Assembly (NCBI GenBank): GCA_000165425.1
Contig: CT868008.1
Location: 310,001-374,000 of the forward strand
Reading direction: 5' to 3'
Source of the DNA: Paramecium tetraurelia
Taxonomy: Eukaryota
DNA length: 64,000 bases
The notes beneath the pieces are model-generated. The model had not been told where the DNA came from. It worked only from the letters and a program-made list of their open reading frames with translations, and searched no databases. A program made the position numbers and the translations under genes. Shown piece by piece: positions 25,201-39,219 of the stretch; position 1 is the stretch's first letter, and each line of letters starts with the position of its first letter.

Positions 25201-26080
25201 CATTGGAGAAATATATTCTATGAGGTGGTTAACTTGTTGGCAGAATATGATGGTGATGATGATGAGAATCAAAAGTTGAAGACAGAAACCACAGTTAAAT
25301 AAAAACAAATAGAACAAGCCAAGAAAGAAGAAACCTTGTCATCTGTTATTGAGGGCAACGAAATCTAAATTACATATTCCAATTTGAATAAAGTTGTCAT
25401 TCAATTCTACAAGATAGATTTGGAAATACTGTTCTCTAGAAATCCATTCTTAAATTAAAATGAAGAAGACTTTGCCTTTGTCTTGCCTAATTCAATTGTG
25501 GAAGCATCACTAGAAGCCATGCAATAACCAGGATTGTAAACTATTTATTTTTAATTTATAGGACATACAAAAAGTCAGTTCCCATTCCTGAAGAATTGAA
25601 AAAGTTCAATCTTTTCATTCAAATCAAAGGTGCTAGCAAGAGAACATCAAATCGTTTCTACTCTACTTCTCTGGGAGTCCAGGTTATGGAAAATTATGGT
25701 TAAATCAGAGTCTCTGATTCTGAAGGAAAATACCTATCCAAGGTTTACGTGAAGGCTTACATCAAGGAGAAAAATGGAAAGGAATCCTTCTACAAGGATG
25801 GATATACTGATCTAAGAGGAAGATTTGATTATGCTTCCTTGAGTTCAGCTAATTTAGACGATGCTTCTAAATTCTCTTTATTAATTACAAGTGATGAATA
25901 TGGTACTTAAATATTGTAAGTCTAGGCTCCATAATCAAGGAAATCAAGGCTCCTTCTTAAGTTGGTAAATTTGAAACTGAAGTCAAGTTGGTTTCTAATA
26001 AGTGGAATGAAAGGGCAGTGTGTGAATAGGTCAAACAATCCAATTTGTACGAATGCAAGAAACTTAGCAAATGCAAATGA
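19275..26080 (+). CDS. Very large (~2,200 aa) protein resembling Dictyostelium AbpF and uncharacterised bacterial giants
   Basis: Near-continuous frame with about four short introns. N-terminal AIGKLIKGTDQYYYYYFL, VELPNGAIPV...YFFYFPKVGTFSVYPANVS, and C-terminal KVYVKAYIKEKNGKESFYKDGYTDLRGRFDYASLS. The gene model is seen directly; the family name comes from recalled motif similarity. Confidence 0.7.
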
Positions 26081-26130
26081 TGATCTATTATTTTATTCAT
26101 ATAATAACATATATTTCATTTAATAAATTG

Positions 26131-26676
26131 ATGTTCGAGATAATAACTTTAAACGATGTTATTGATATTAATGGTGGACACATACTCAATTATCAGGCTG
26201 AGTTAACCAAAAAGATCAGAGAGAAGTTTGAATACAAACCTTTGAAGAATTACGGGTTCTGTATAAAAGTACTCGGAATTAAAACATCTGATGGACACAT
26301 CCAAGATGGAGATATTTTATATTCAGTCATTATTGAGATCCTGAGTTTTCAGCCCTTCCAATCCGAATTAGTATATGGCACAATATTTAAATCCTCAAAA
26401 GAGGGCTTGAAAATTAAATTCCTAGAAAACAATAATAATGATAAACAATATTTAGTTTGCTTTGTTCCCAAGGATTAGTTATTAAATGCCAGATTCGACG
26501 AAGGAAAGTAATTATGGATATGCAACTACGAGGAAATCAACTTTTTTTATTTGTTAGGAGAAGAGGTGCGATTCAAAGTGCATTCATTAAATTTCGACAC
26601 AGTCGATCAGATGGATTAGATTATTATAGGAAGGATGAATGAGAGTGGATTAGGTGGACTAACTTGGTGGGTTTGA
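26131..26676 (+). CDS. RPC25: RNA polymerase III subunit RPC25/RPC8 (Rpb7-like)
   Basis: MFEIITLNDVIDI...GFCIKV...FQPFQSELVYGTIFKSSKEGLKI...GEEVRFKV...IIGRMNESGLGGLTWWV*. Confidence 0.88.
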
Positions 26677-26725
26677 GTTCTAATTCTATTTATTATTAAG
26701 TATTCGATTAAATAACCATAAATTA

Positions 26726-29700
26726 TCACATAAATTTTGAATTGTCTTATCTATTTTAGATATCAGCTTTTGTTGCAAAATATGCCTCCACCTTCTTTTT
26801 AGCAACTGGGATATCTACTCCTTTGTTGTAAGTAAAATTGTATTCACCAGGAAAATGAATATTAATCAATCGTCTAGTATCCTCACTCACCATAACTTTG
26901 CCTGCCTCTCCCTATGATTCCATCTTATTTGCTATGACAGCATCGATTCCAAAGATGTCATATCGCACAATATCAGTACCGATGATCCCCCCATAAAATT
27001 GTCCCTAACATATATCAAACTACTTACTGTGTGTATTCCTATCCTCATATTCAAATTTTAAAAGTTGATTTCCCTCCTTACTTTCTTAATGATTTCAACC
27101 ATTTCCAACCCCATTTCCAATACGTTTTTAGCCTCTTAACCAGGATGTCTCTACTCCATATCATTGATGCCCAATACAACATAACAATCCCCTATGGTGT
27201 ATACTTTATACACATTCTATTGTAGACACTCCTTATCAAATGAAGTCATCAATTGTCTCAACATTTTGACTACCTATTCAGCTGGAACACTTGCAGAATA
27301 CGCAGTGAATCCACTGATATCTGCAAACAAGAGAGTTGCATCTATCAACACATCTGACAATTCTAATTTGATCTTGCTATTTTAATAAAATCTAGTGAGA
27401 ATGTGAGATGGCAATAAATTGGTTAATAATGAGTCCCTCTGTTCTTTTTTCAAATTTTCATTGGCTGCACTATTAAAATTCCTGATTGTCAATTCGAAGT
27501 TATTATGGGAGACTATGACCAAAATAATAGTTGATAAAACAATGAACACTAATAAATTGTTATGATGATGCAATAACAGTTGTACAAACCAGGCTGCTTA
27601 TTGTAACAAAATATAGAAGAACATGTACTTAAATTTTAATGATTATTAGTTGACAGCTGAAAATGCAAAAAAGTATGCTTCTGCATTGTCTGATATTAAG
27701 AATCTTTATTGATTGTCAAAAGTCACAAAAAACATTGTTAAGAAAGCACTAACATAATACAACCCTGTCAATGCTAGATCCAAATTGTGCATATTGTATT
27801 TTTTGAGTCTGCTCGTTATGAAGTACAGAATTATTAAGTACAAACTTAAAAACATCCTTACAATATAAATTGTTAATCCATCATAGCCAGAATCAAGCAA
27901 TTATATTTATGCTTTAAATAAGGTGTACACAATAGTCATAGGATAAAAGATATCTTTGAGTGCAGATCTCACTTCCTAATAGTATTGTTCAAATTGCATC
28001 ACTATATTGGCATCATTACATTTCTCATATTCTAATGTTAATTTGTTATATTTCAATATGTCCAAATCTATGATCTTCTTTATTTTTTCACTCTTCATTT
28101 CATTCTCTGGAACATCCACATCATTATCAGAAACACCAACTATCCTATTTTCAGGATCCTTCTCGACCTACTTCATTTAAATCTCGTCTTCCTTAATTTC
28201 TTCCCAATCGTTCGTGTTATAATCTGTCTTTTAAATGACCTGAGATTTTGCTCTGTCTTTCCAAACTGTTTCACTTATCGAAGTAAAGTCTTCCTTGATG
28301 GTTCCCTTTTTGTTTCCTCTCGTTTATTCAGGTCCTTTATTTTTTCTAGGTTATTTTATCATCTAAGATCCCTACATAGGATGATTCATTATCTTGGATC
28401 TACGACCATAATCTTTAGTAGTTGGATGCTCATTTTGATTTAGAGATAAAGGCGGAGATATATCTTTAAAGGTCTATTTCATTAGAGTGGATCTAATATT
28501 TGAATTATTGGTATTGTGAGTTTTGAATGTTAATACTCTTCCATTCTTCTAACCCTCAAAATATTTCACTTGAGATAGATGCTTTTTTTATTATAATTTT
28601 CTTTGAGTTACTTGATGAACGATCAAATGACCTTTACCTTTTGCTTCAACTTCCCTGGAAGTGAACAAGAACTCTGTGTCCTTCACTCTTTCATACGCCT
28701 CGGAAGAGATTGTAATTCTACCCACTTCTCCAGTGGAACACATCCTAGAGGCTGTATTGACTGTATCTCCAATTAATGAGAACTATGGTTTATGATATCC
28801 AATGACTCCTGCAAACACTTAACCATAATGAATTCCTATTTTTATCTTTAATTTATATAATTTCACAATTTCTTATTCTTTGTATTCATACCTAAATTCA
28901 GACACTGCCTTCAAAAAATCTAATGACAATTCTAATGCTAGAGCTGTTTCATTTTTCTTTTGTTGATTCAATCCATCCTTATTATTTTCAATTTCAGTAG
29001 ATTTCAAACCAGAACAAGCCATATAAGTCTTACCAACAGTCTCGATCTTTTATACACCATACTATAAACATATCTTATCCAAAACTCTAAAAATATCATC
29101 TAGAAATGAAACCACTTATCTTTGTTTTGATTATAATATTTTGTCAAATTCACATATTTCTAGAAATATAATTGAGACTGATCCTTGATTCTCTTCAATT
29201 TAGGTTTCCTCTGCTTATTCAATTTTTTCATATATAAATGCTGGCAATAGGGATTTCAAAATTTAATTTGTTTACTCCTACTGGGTTTATAATGCCTGAT
29301 CAAACAAAAATACTAATCTTTGGAATCGTTAAAACTAAAACTTAATTAAATAATTATACATTATAGTGAGTGTAATTTGATAGTAGATTTAAGAAGAACA
29401 GCAGAACATACAATGTTATGAATTCTACTGTGAAAGTAGGAGTTTCAGAATCAGAATTAACCTAAATGGTATAAAATTGACCAACTCTAATAGTATAATT
29501 GACAAAAAAGATCAAGGTCAAAGTAATCGGATAATAAAGGGGAGGAGGGAATATGTCCCATGCTAAAAATTGCTGATAAAGCAACTATCCAAAGGTACTA
29601 AAATAATACTGACTCTTATCTTCTGGAAGTGTCACACTCAAAAAATGATCTAATATTAACACTACTGGAATAAAAAAGTAAGCCTCAATAGTTCCACACT

Positions 29701-32700
29701 TTATTTAGAATACTGTCTAATCAGCCTACTTCTTCTCTATTACTTTAGTTATCAGCAAAGTCAAGATCCACATAATCATTACGATTGCCCATAAGATATT
29801 CAATACTGTATCTTCCTGAGTAAGGAATGGAGCCCATGCTATTACACTGCTCACTCTTAGTACTATAAACAACACTAAAACTACTTCTCTTCTTTATTAG
29901 TAATATAATTGAACTTTAAATTGTCTAAATTGTTTTTCGTAATTATGATTCTTAAAGACCAATGAAAATTTTGAATATTCTCCATTGAAGGATTGGGTTT
30001 TCTCACTCTCAAACAGAGAACGAATAAAAGGGTCAATCGAAACATTCTCAAATACCTTCTTGATCTTTCTGAAAAACTATCGATTTATTTTGATATGATT
30101 GGTCATTGGGAATTGTTTTAATTACTCTGAAACTATCTTCCCTCCATAGTTTTTTAATGCTGTCTCTACGAATTTCACAAAATTCAATATTATTCTCGGA
30201 GTAAACATCATCTCTCTTGTCTACTTTACGATCTAATCTATTGTAATTATTATGATAATTCCAGTTATTATACCAATTATGAATTGCCATTTGAATATGT
30301 TTCGAATTATCTAAACTCTTAAATCTGCTTATATGACTATTGCAAATGATATAGTTAATAAACCCAAAGTAATAATTAAGTTCCATATTATCTTCTAAAA
30401 TGGCACATTAAGATGAATCATCTAAGAAGTTCCAAAAGCAAACACACTGAATAATTAAAATAAGAACATCAAATGAGCTAAATTATTAGAATCTGAAGTG
30501 AAAAACATCATGAATTCTGCAAATATGTAGGTGTTTAAAAGTCCTGTGATTCCTGCTGAAATCAGAGCTTCATAAAATAATTCTTATAGCCATCTGAAAT
30601 TTGATTTGAAACACTTATATGTCTAAGGCTAGTTCTATGGAAGCATCAATTCAATTTGTTCATGACTGGATCTATCTTCAAAGGCAGGCAACAACCCATT
30701 AATTATGATATGAATCTATACAGCCAACAAATAAACAACATCCTCTTCAATATAGAGAGTTTTTCTAACGCAAACAAAAAGAGTCAAAATTATCAATTAA
30801 TATAAACTTATTTTTGTACACATGACTGTCAACTGACTCAAATGCATTGGTAATATTTTAGCAAAATAGAGTACTAATTATTTTATGTGTTACAAATCAT
30901 TAACTTATATGTTTTGATATGCTATTTTTAAAGACCTTTTCTCTTTTGAAAATTGAATAGTAGCATTTGCATGAGAATTCATGTTGAAATCATCAACTGA
31001 GTCTGATATTGTTAAAAGTGTACTGCTTGGTTCAAAGATTTTCGTGACAGCTTTTGTTATTAACTCCTTATCTGCTGATGAACAATCATATGCAATGACA
31101 GTCTTCAAAATTAGAGCAATAAACAAAAAATGGCTTTTAGTATAATCATCACTGAATATGGTTTTTATAGATTTTCCATTTACCAATAAGAACACCATCT
31201 GTAAAGGTTCTTCTCCCTTCTTTGATTTCATAATCATATTTTCATCAAACGTAGCTTTCTTTTAAAGTCCACTTCTCTTCATTTCTGTAACTGATTTTTA
31301 AGTAACAAAACTCTTAGTTGATTCATTTTACTAACTTTCATCCTCCTTCAATAATTACTTCCTTATAAACAGCAATTAGGATTTAATTTATAATTTTAAT
31401 TTCTCTTCATCTACTTCATCAATTCTTAGCAGAGTATTATTATTATTCACAATTCCAACATAATTGGCTGCTGATAAGGTCTACATCTTCTTATCCCCAC
31501 TCAATATCCATTATGAAATTCCTAAACTTTTAAAAGTCTTAACTTAAGCATAAGCTCCAGGATTTTAATCTTCCTTGAGACAAATCAAACCGTAATAATC
31601 TAAATCTTTAATCAATTCTTTATCATGATGAGTCATTTCCATAGTATCAAAACTTGCTTCTTAATATTTATTCTTATTCTTGACTGCATCTTCTGGGATA
31701 TCCTTACCTGCATAGACAATAAGCCTTTAGCCTTATTAGGCTTGATGAGTCATTTACTTTTCTAAATTCACTCTCTTCTTTTATGATAACTTACATTTAT
31801 CAAGCAAAGCTAAATTCTCACTCTTTACATATAATTTGAGTAATGCTCCTTTTTTTGATCCTCTTTCAGTTCCCTACCTCTCAAATTGATTTGCTTAATT
31901 TCTAATCCTTTATTAGATAGGTTTCATGAAAATAGCAAATGTTTCATTGTCACTAACCTTCTTAGAAACTAGATATCTTTCACTTAGTCCCTTAGCACTG
32001 ATTTCATAGCAAATTTTCTTGTTTAACAACCCTGCACAATTGAACTCAAATTAGTATTACTTAGCAAACTTGATAATAGATTCTTAATATTCCTCAGTGT
32101 TTTCATTTAGGAAATTTTGGGGATTCATACTTGGATGTTCATTCATGAGTCCAGACATGCCTATAGTTGGTACGTTTTTATCTCTACTAGGTTTATTTTA
32201 TGGTTTAGAGTATTTAGTTTTAACATCTTAACATAATATTAAAGATCTCATAAAGTTGTCTGCTTACTTTTAACCAGTTTTGATAATCTCTTATAAATCT
32301 TTTCTTCCCCCTTATTATTCCTTGTCATCACAATCACTTTCTGAGGGCTACTTTTATTACAATTCGTCCTCATTTATCTGGGATTCCCCAAGTTTATTTT
32401 CTTTTCTAAAATCCTTTGAAGATGTAATTGGAGATGGAGATAACATTGATCCATTAGCAGGATCTTAAGTTTATTCAAGTACTCGTTCAACAATCCTTAA
32501 TTCTCTCCTTGGTTTAGTTAAAAGCCTACTAGTGTTATTTAATGTTCTTCTATTATATCTATTTGAAACCGCTTTCTCTGGGGGAGACAATTCTTCGTCA
32601 ACACTCTACGCCTTTTTGGGTTTAATGTATTCATTTTGTCTAATAAAATGAGGATTGAAATTAAAGACCATGTTCCTGCTCTCAGGTTCTTCCTCATTGA

Positions 32701-34170
32701 AAACTGCATCATCTTAATTAAAGCTAATTGCCTCATCATGCTGTGATTGAAGTCTACTTTTTACTGACTAATGACTTCCTGGATTTTAAATGAATCTTTC
32801 ACTCTTCTGTAATGAACCAATACCAATGTTGTTCTCTTCTTAATCCTCTTGTTCTTCCTAGATCTCTTGCATGTTGTTATGGATATATGGAGTGGTATTT
32901 AATTTTCTATAATTTTTTGTAGCATTCCTAATTACATCTCCATTGATTAGATTATAGAAATAGACTCCACATATGACTCCACAGAGGACAGTATTAGTGT
33001 TTGTCAGTGTACCAGTTTTATCGTAGATGCAATGATCAACTTTAGTTAAAGTCAATAGTTCAGATGAATGAGATACAATGATATTTTTGTTCTTCTCAAA
33101 GATATTATTGAAGAATTGAAAAGTCACTTCGCATAAACCAGTAATAAAACAAGGATGAACAAATGTTATGCTCTGAAATATTCTACAAATTATATTGTAA
33201 ATATTGAGATCATCAGGTTAATTTTGAAATCTCACAATGATTGTGATACAGAATGCAAGTTAGATGAAGTACAAAAGAGAAAATATTAATGAAAATTTCA
33301 TCAAGTATCTATCAAAATGAGTAGTGGACTTTTTAAAACAATTCTGCCACATTTTAATGACATCCTCATCATCATGACTTATCACAATACCAACTACCCA
33401 ATCCGTATTGATTATCATATTACTTTAATTCACGATATTCCTATAGTCCAAATACTCACCTTTGGGATCCTTTTACAGTTTAATGAAACCTCTAAAGGTA
33501 TTATCATTAGTGTCCAAGTAATCGAATTCTATTTTGCCAGTCAATATTCTCTTATAATAAATTAATGTTTGGTTTTTCTATTGATCAGAGGTGGATGTTA
33601 ATTTAATTGATTGCTTCTGGGTCATATGCGTCATCCCTTCCTTTTCTGATGTTTACACCATAAACTTCTCTTCCTGAGAGTTCAGAATTAAAATACTCAT
33701 TGGACTTGGTTAATGTCTTTTGAGGAACACCAAATTACCAACTGTCACATCGCGTTTGGGACATTTGCTAATGTGGCATTTGGGATCCCAACCAATCACA
33801 TATACAGTTTAATCGTAATGTTCATTAACTTATTTTAATGCTTTACAAATTTACTGATAAAGTTTGTAAGAAGACATAAATAAATTACCAGCCAATTATA
33901 TTATGCAAATAAATAGTTGTTGTTTAGCTTTGAAACTAGCAGACAATATTATCACCACGAAGAGCCATAAATTAAAGCCTTACTTCAACCAATCTAGAAA
34001 GTGAAGTATGCATGTTTTAAGAATCTAAATAAATCTAATTTTCATACTAAACCTCTAAGTAATTGTTTTGGATCTCGTTTGAACGATTAATTCTAAGGAT
34101 AACCATTTTTGAAATAAAGTTTATGTTAATAATCCTTCTAGTTAACCTATTCTTAATATGATCTCTACAT
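26726..34170 (-). CDS. Alveolate-type guanylyl cyclase with an N-terminal P-type-ATPase-like domain
   Basis: ATPase-like part: YDKTGTLT (~33003-33026), WILSGDK and transmembrane blocks. First cyclase domain: [47 protein letters not shown]. Second cyclase domain: LFADISGFTAYS, KVYTIGDCYVV, GIIGTDIVRYDIFGIDAVIANKMES. Confidence 0.95.
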
Positions 34171-34190
34171 AATTATTTAATTAATTAATT

Positions 34191-35992
34191 ATGTAACCAC
34201 AGCAGAGAATGGGAACAGCAGCCATGCGAGTGCCAACTCGAATGACTACAGCTATGAGAGTAGATTTCATTCACTATTTCAATAGAATGATCCAAATTTC
34301 TAATCAGTAGCAAATACAACCAATTTAAAATTCGTGGAGAGACCTGTTACATAACATGGAATTATTGGAGTCAAACCTACGACAGCTGGACCTGGCAGAT
34401 AAATCTAAGATAAATCATATTATCTAAATCAATTGAGAGAGAAGCAGAAGGAAATATTTAATGAAATTGAAAGATTCAAAAAATAATAGGATGAAATTTA
34501 AAAAGCCAATACACTTTATGTTTAATTCGAAAGAAGGTATTATTTCTCTTAAAATCATAGACATGAAGAATTAACAAAGGAAGTCAGAGATCTAGAAGGC
34601 TAATTGGCTGATTATAATTTAGCATTCGATAAATGGAGAGCCAACACTAGACCAGAAGATATCAAAAATATTTATGAAAGAATCAAAGTTTACATATAGA
34701 TTAATTTTAGATTTAAAATGAGAGACAAAGATCTCAATTAGATGATATCTTCATTGAAAGAAGAGGTTAGGAAGACTCAATTAATTAAATCGAAAATAGA
34801 TTAAATGAACTATAATCATTGGCTGATATGAAATTACAAGAGTTGGATCCAGAATAAAGAAATGAATATATGAGTTTGATTAATGAAAATAAATCCCTTT
34901 AATAAGAAATTAACAACCAAAAAGGAGAATTAGAAGAATTAAATGCCAGAATGTAGAATGCAGATAATAGATTGAGAATGGATGCTTAGAAATTGAAGGG
35001 TTAGATGCTAAAAGAGTAAATCAATGAAATGGACTCTAAAAAAAATGATTTAGAAGTTCAATTAAATGAAGCCAATCTAACATTCCCAGAAGCCAGAGAT
35101 AGATTGTTAAATAAGATTAAAGATGATAATGCTTTTATTTAAAATTCAGAGAAAAGAGTACGAGAAATTAGAAGAAATATCGAAAATTATGAAAAAAGAT
35201 TAAGAGAATTATAAACTGAATTGGAAGACAAGAAATCATAAGAATAAGACAAATAGAAATATGAAATATTATATTAAAGAGATCAAGAAATGACTGATTA
35301 CATCAATAATTTTGATAAAACAAGATAACAAGAATTAGAAAAAGTCAATGCTGTAGAATAGGTTATTGTAGAATTACTAGGATAATCTTCACGGATTGTA
35401 TAAGATATTAAGACTATACCCTCATTAACTGATTATGCTGGCCTATCTGCTGAAGTGGATTACAAAGATAATTAAGTCAAAGATTCTGAAATGACACTAA
35501 AAAAACTCTAAGGAGTCTACGAACAGACAGTCCAAGATTTAAAAAAAATTGAAAGAGCTGAAGAATAATTACCAATTGAATTACAATAATACAAATAGAA
35601 ATGTAAGTAGATGTAAGATGAAATCGATACTAAATTCAATAAAATAGATGAATATAAGGTTAAAGCTCAGGATAAAAAGCTTAAACTAGAAAATCAAAAG
35701 AAGGACTTACTCAAACTTAAAGATGATTTTACTGCATAAGTAAATTTAACATTCATATTTCTAGAGTCAAAATATGAAACATGAATTTGATGTCAAAGAA
35801 AAGAAATACACTATGCATGAATAATACAGCACTTTAGCTGATTTAGAAAAGAAAGTGTCTTAATTAGAATCATAAGCCAATACTTTCTAGATGTTTATTG
35901 AAACCAAATCAAAAGATATGAATTTTGAATAGTTAAAGAAAGAATGCATGGATCTAATGGATAAAATTAATAAGGTCTTGTGTAAGACTTGA
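34191..35992 (+). CDS. IFT74: Intraflagellar transport protein 74
   Basis: [36 protein letters not shown] and EVRDLEGQLADYNLAFDK, followed by long coiled coils; four short introns. Confidence 0.93.
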
Positions 35993-36047
35993 AATCAATT
36001 ATAAATTATGGATAGATATATATATTCAAATTAATATAAACATGTAA

Positions 36048-37053
36048 TCAATCTATAATTTTAAACTTCTTAACAAGCATTTTTCTAGATTTGTGTATAT
36101 TTTATCTATAAGGAAAGAAAGTTTCTGATGATATACTCTTAATAACAGATCTAGGAGATTTTGCTTAAGAAAAACATTATTCTTATGCTTTCTATCCACT
36201 AAATTGGCAGAGGTAAGGAGAATTAATCAGAGAAGAGTTATAATTCAGTAAATTATACTCTTTTTTAGGGGATTTTTATTCATCCTCTAGAGTTTTCAAA
36301 ATTCTCATTGGTTAAAGGAATTTACTTGAATGGGAATTATGATATTTGCTATAGGCAATTGTTGGTAGTGTGCCAGAGGATTCTATTTTGTTGTTATTCA
36401 ATTTTTATTATAAGTAGAGTCTTACTGATTATCTCTATTTGTGCTTCTAATCTATCATTTAAGCTTGAATTGATTGAACTTGTTGATTCTGATTTACTTT
36501 GTCATCATAAGGAATTTAAGGATTGCTATATATAATATGATTTGGGTAGTGATGCTATTGTCCAGGAAAAAAAGATTAATTTTCAAAAACTTTTGTTTTA
36601 AATCTAAATAATCTTTTTGCTCTCTCTTATTATCTAATTTTTTTCCACTTCTCCAAAAGATATTTGATACAGAGAACTGCATTTTTGAATCTCCTTTATA
36701 ATCGTTGTTTTCTTAGTACTGACATTTTGGTTGTGAAGATTATAAACTTTTTTTATAAATGCTTTGCTTTCCTACTAACTGCTCCACAATCCAAACAGCA
36801 GCAACTCTTATTATCTTGGAAGGACTCGTTCATGGGAGACTCAGAACTATATATACAGTGAAATTTTCAAATACTTTAATGATGTGGCTAAATCTAAATT
36901 TTTAAAAGAAAAGGGTTTCACATAATTAGCAACAGGTTTTAGGGTTTTTGAATATGTTTTTTATTGAAGCATGAAATTCAAATGTCTATTGTTGTCAGAA
37001 TTGAAGGAAGTTTTTATCTTCTGCAGACTCTACCTTGTGTGAGTTTAATTCAT
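36048..37053 (-). CDS. Hypothetical basic protein with a CCCxxCG motif
   Basis: MNQTHTRQSLQKIKTSFNSDNNRHL...KSCCCLDCGAVSRK...RRFKNAVLCIKYLLEKW...; one intron near 36848-36875. Confidence 0.6.
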
Positions 37054-37920
37054 TCTTTTTTGAGATTATTAGTAATTATTTAATTATGGATAATAATATT
37101 AAAAAGAGTAACTTTAGTATTCCTAAATCCATATACTTATAGCTTCATAAAGATCACTAAAACAAAAAATGGCAGAATATTGGACTTATTAACTTCTCTC
37201 TAATAAATATTATAAAAATAGCTTTGTTTAATAAATGATATCACAGGAATACAGAATAAGTAGAGACTATTAATTTTGATCGAAGAAAGGAAAGCTAGTT
37301 GATTAACAGAAAGAATAAACATAATTAATTTAAGTTTTATATTGAAATAATGATAGTCAAATAATTAATTGCTTATTAAGATCAATTATTCATGCCAAAT
37401 AAAATGATTCCTTAAATATTATTTAAGAGTTATAATATCAGCCTATGTGTTATATTAAATTATTCAATATTAAATTATATTTAGTTTAGGTTACTATTGG
37501 AGTAATTTAATTACAATATTTTCTAAAGAGGTTAAGGAAAGTATCTTTATTAACTAAGGCATGGTTGAATCTTATATCATAATATTTTCAATAATCCCTA
37601 AGAATTTATTTTCATTATGATCAAGACCTAATTATTACTGTATAATTGTATATAGACATCATAAAGGTAGTATTTAAAGTGTTAAGTACCTTATTGTTTA
37701 TTATCTTTCTATATAATAAATTTATTCACTTAATTTTGTAAAATAATCAAATAAACCTTCATTAAATTATTCAAAAAGGGATCTTTTTATGAAACAAAAA
37801 TGTAATAGTATTGAAGATAGTAATATTTAAAAGGAATTACATAATCCAGTAATACACTACTTATGGATTAGTTAGATATTGATAAAAATGAGATAAATAT
37901 ATTTTTGTATAATGTGATCA

Positions 37921-39219
37921 TCAATTTTATTTCCTATTCTTATTTGAAATGATTCTGAGAGGAAAATCAGCAAAGGGTTGCTGAGCAGTTGGTTTTAAGA
38001 AGGCAATATCATAGTTTTTGACACTTCTATGTTTTCTAACAAGAGTCTGTTTAGGAGAAACAAAACCACTCATAATGATATCACTCTATTTTTAAGTTCT
38101 GCATTTTTCATATTTTAATTTAACTGAGTTGTTAAAATCTTATAATAGGGGATTTCTACTAATTGGTTCTGAATATCTACCCATATCACTAAGCATAGGA
38201 CCAGACTCAAATGTCTTCTATTAATTAGAGCGTTAAGATTTGATTTCCTGCACCTTAGATTTTGGTGTAGAGTAACTCTTTATTGGCAAAGGTTTCAATT
38301 TATATCGTTTGTATTATTCATAATATCTATTTACTGACTTTTATACATGGGAATTTTAATCCATAAGTTCCTTAATCAATTTTTCGTATCTTTGAGTTAT
38401 AATTTCTACAGTACTTTCAACTGGAACGTACACTGATTAAGTGTTATCAACTGATTTATCCTTTAACTTTGTAATACTACTCACTAAACTAATGAATCCT
38501 ATAGGTGATGAATATTAACATTACCTCCTCCTTGCAAATATAAGACTCTTGTGTTATCATCAATAGCTAACACATCATACACGTTTCTTTTACTGTGTCT
38601 ACTGACGGTATAGCAATACTTCCGATGAAGATCATTAAGATATCTTAATCCAAAAACCCCTAGGATCAATGGCTCACTGTAAAATTTCTCATTTCTATTA
38701 CATCGGTCTTCTCTTGATTTAAGATTGGTATATACTATTCATAATTGAGCAAATGTGAAAGTTCATGTTTTAATTTTTATTGCTGGTTTTTGATTATAAA
38801 TTTCAAAATTCCCACTAGAGGTTCGTGCATTATTTATTGAATTGTAGCCCTAAGATTGGGCTAATTGACAGTATCTTAACACAATTATTATCCCTATTTA
38901 GGAAAGTATATCTAATATATAAAAAATTATAATTTACTTATGTCTTAACTAAATAGTATTGAGTAATCTTCGTGTATTTTTGTATAATTTTTGGAAGAAA
39001 GAGCTTGCGATAACCTTCCCCTAAATGTTAATACAGAAAATTCTCAAGGTTTTCTCTTTTCTATTCTCCTCGATAAATCTCCTCTGATAATTCCTTCAAA
39101 GTGCCTAATCTATTACGACAATCTTCATGCATCTAATGTCCAATTATTCTTATCATAAATATAACTTCCTCCCTAGCAGCCAGAATACTTAAAAATAACT
39201 ATAAAGGATTCTATTACAT
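37921..39219 (-). CDS. Hypothetical protein (alternative in-frame start at 39258)
   Basis: MQQNPLQLFLSILAAREEVIFMIRIIG...; three short introns restore a continuous frame to TGA 37921. Confidence 0.6.

Noticed and set aside
36008..36342. Plus-strand ORF with an intron-like GTAAAT..TAG
   Set aside because: It overlaps a longer, continuous minus-strand frame (36048-37053) and has no recognisable motif.
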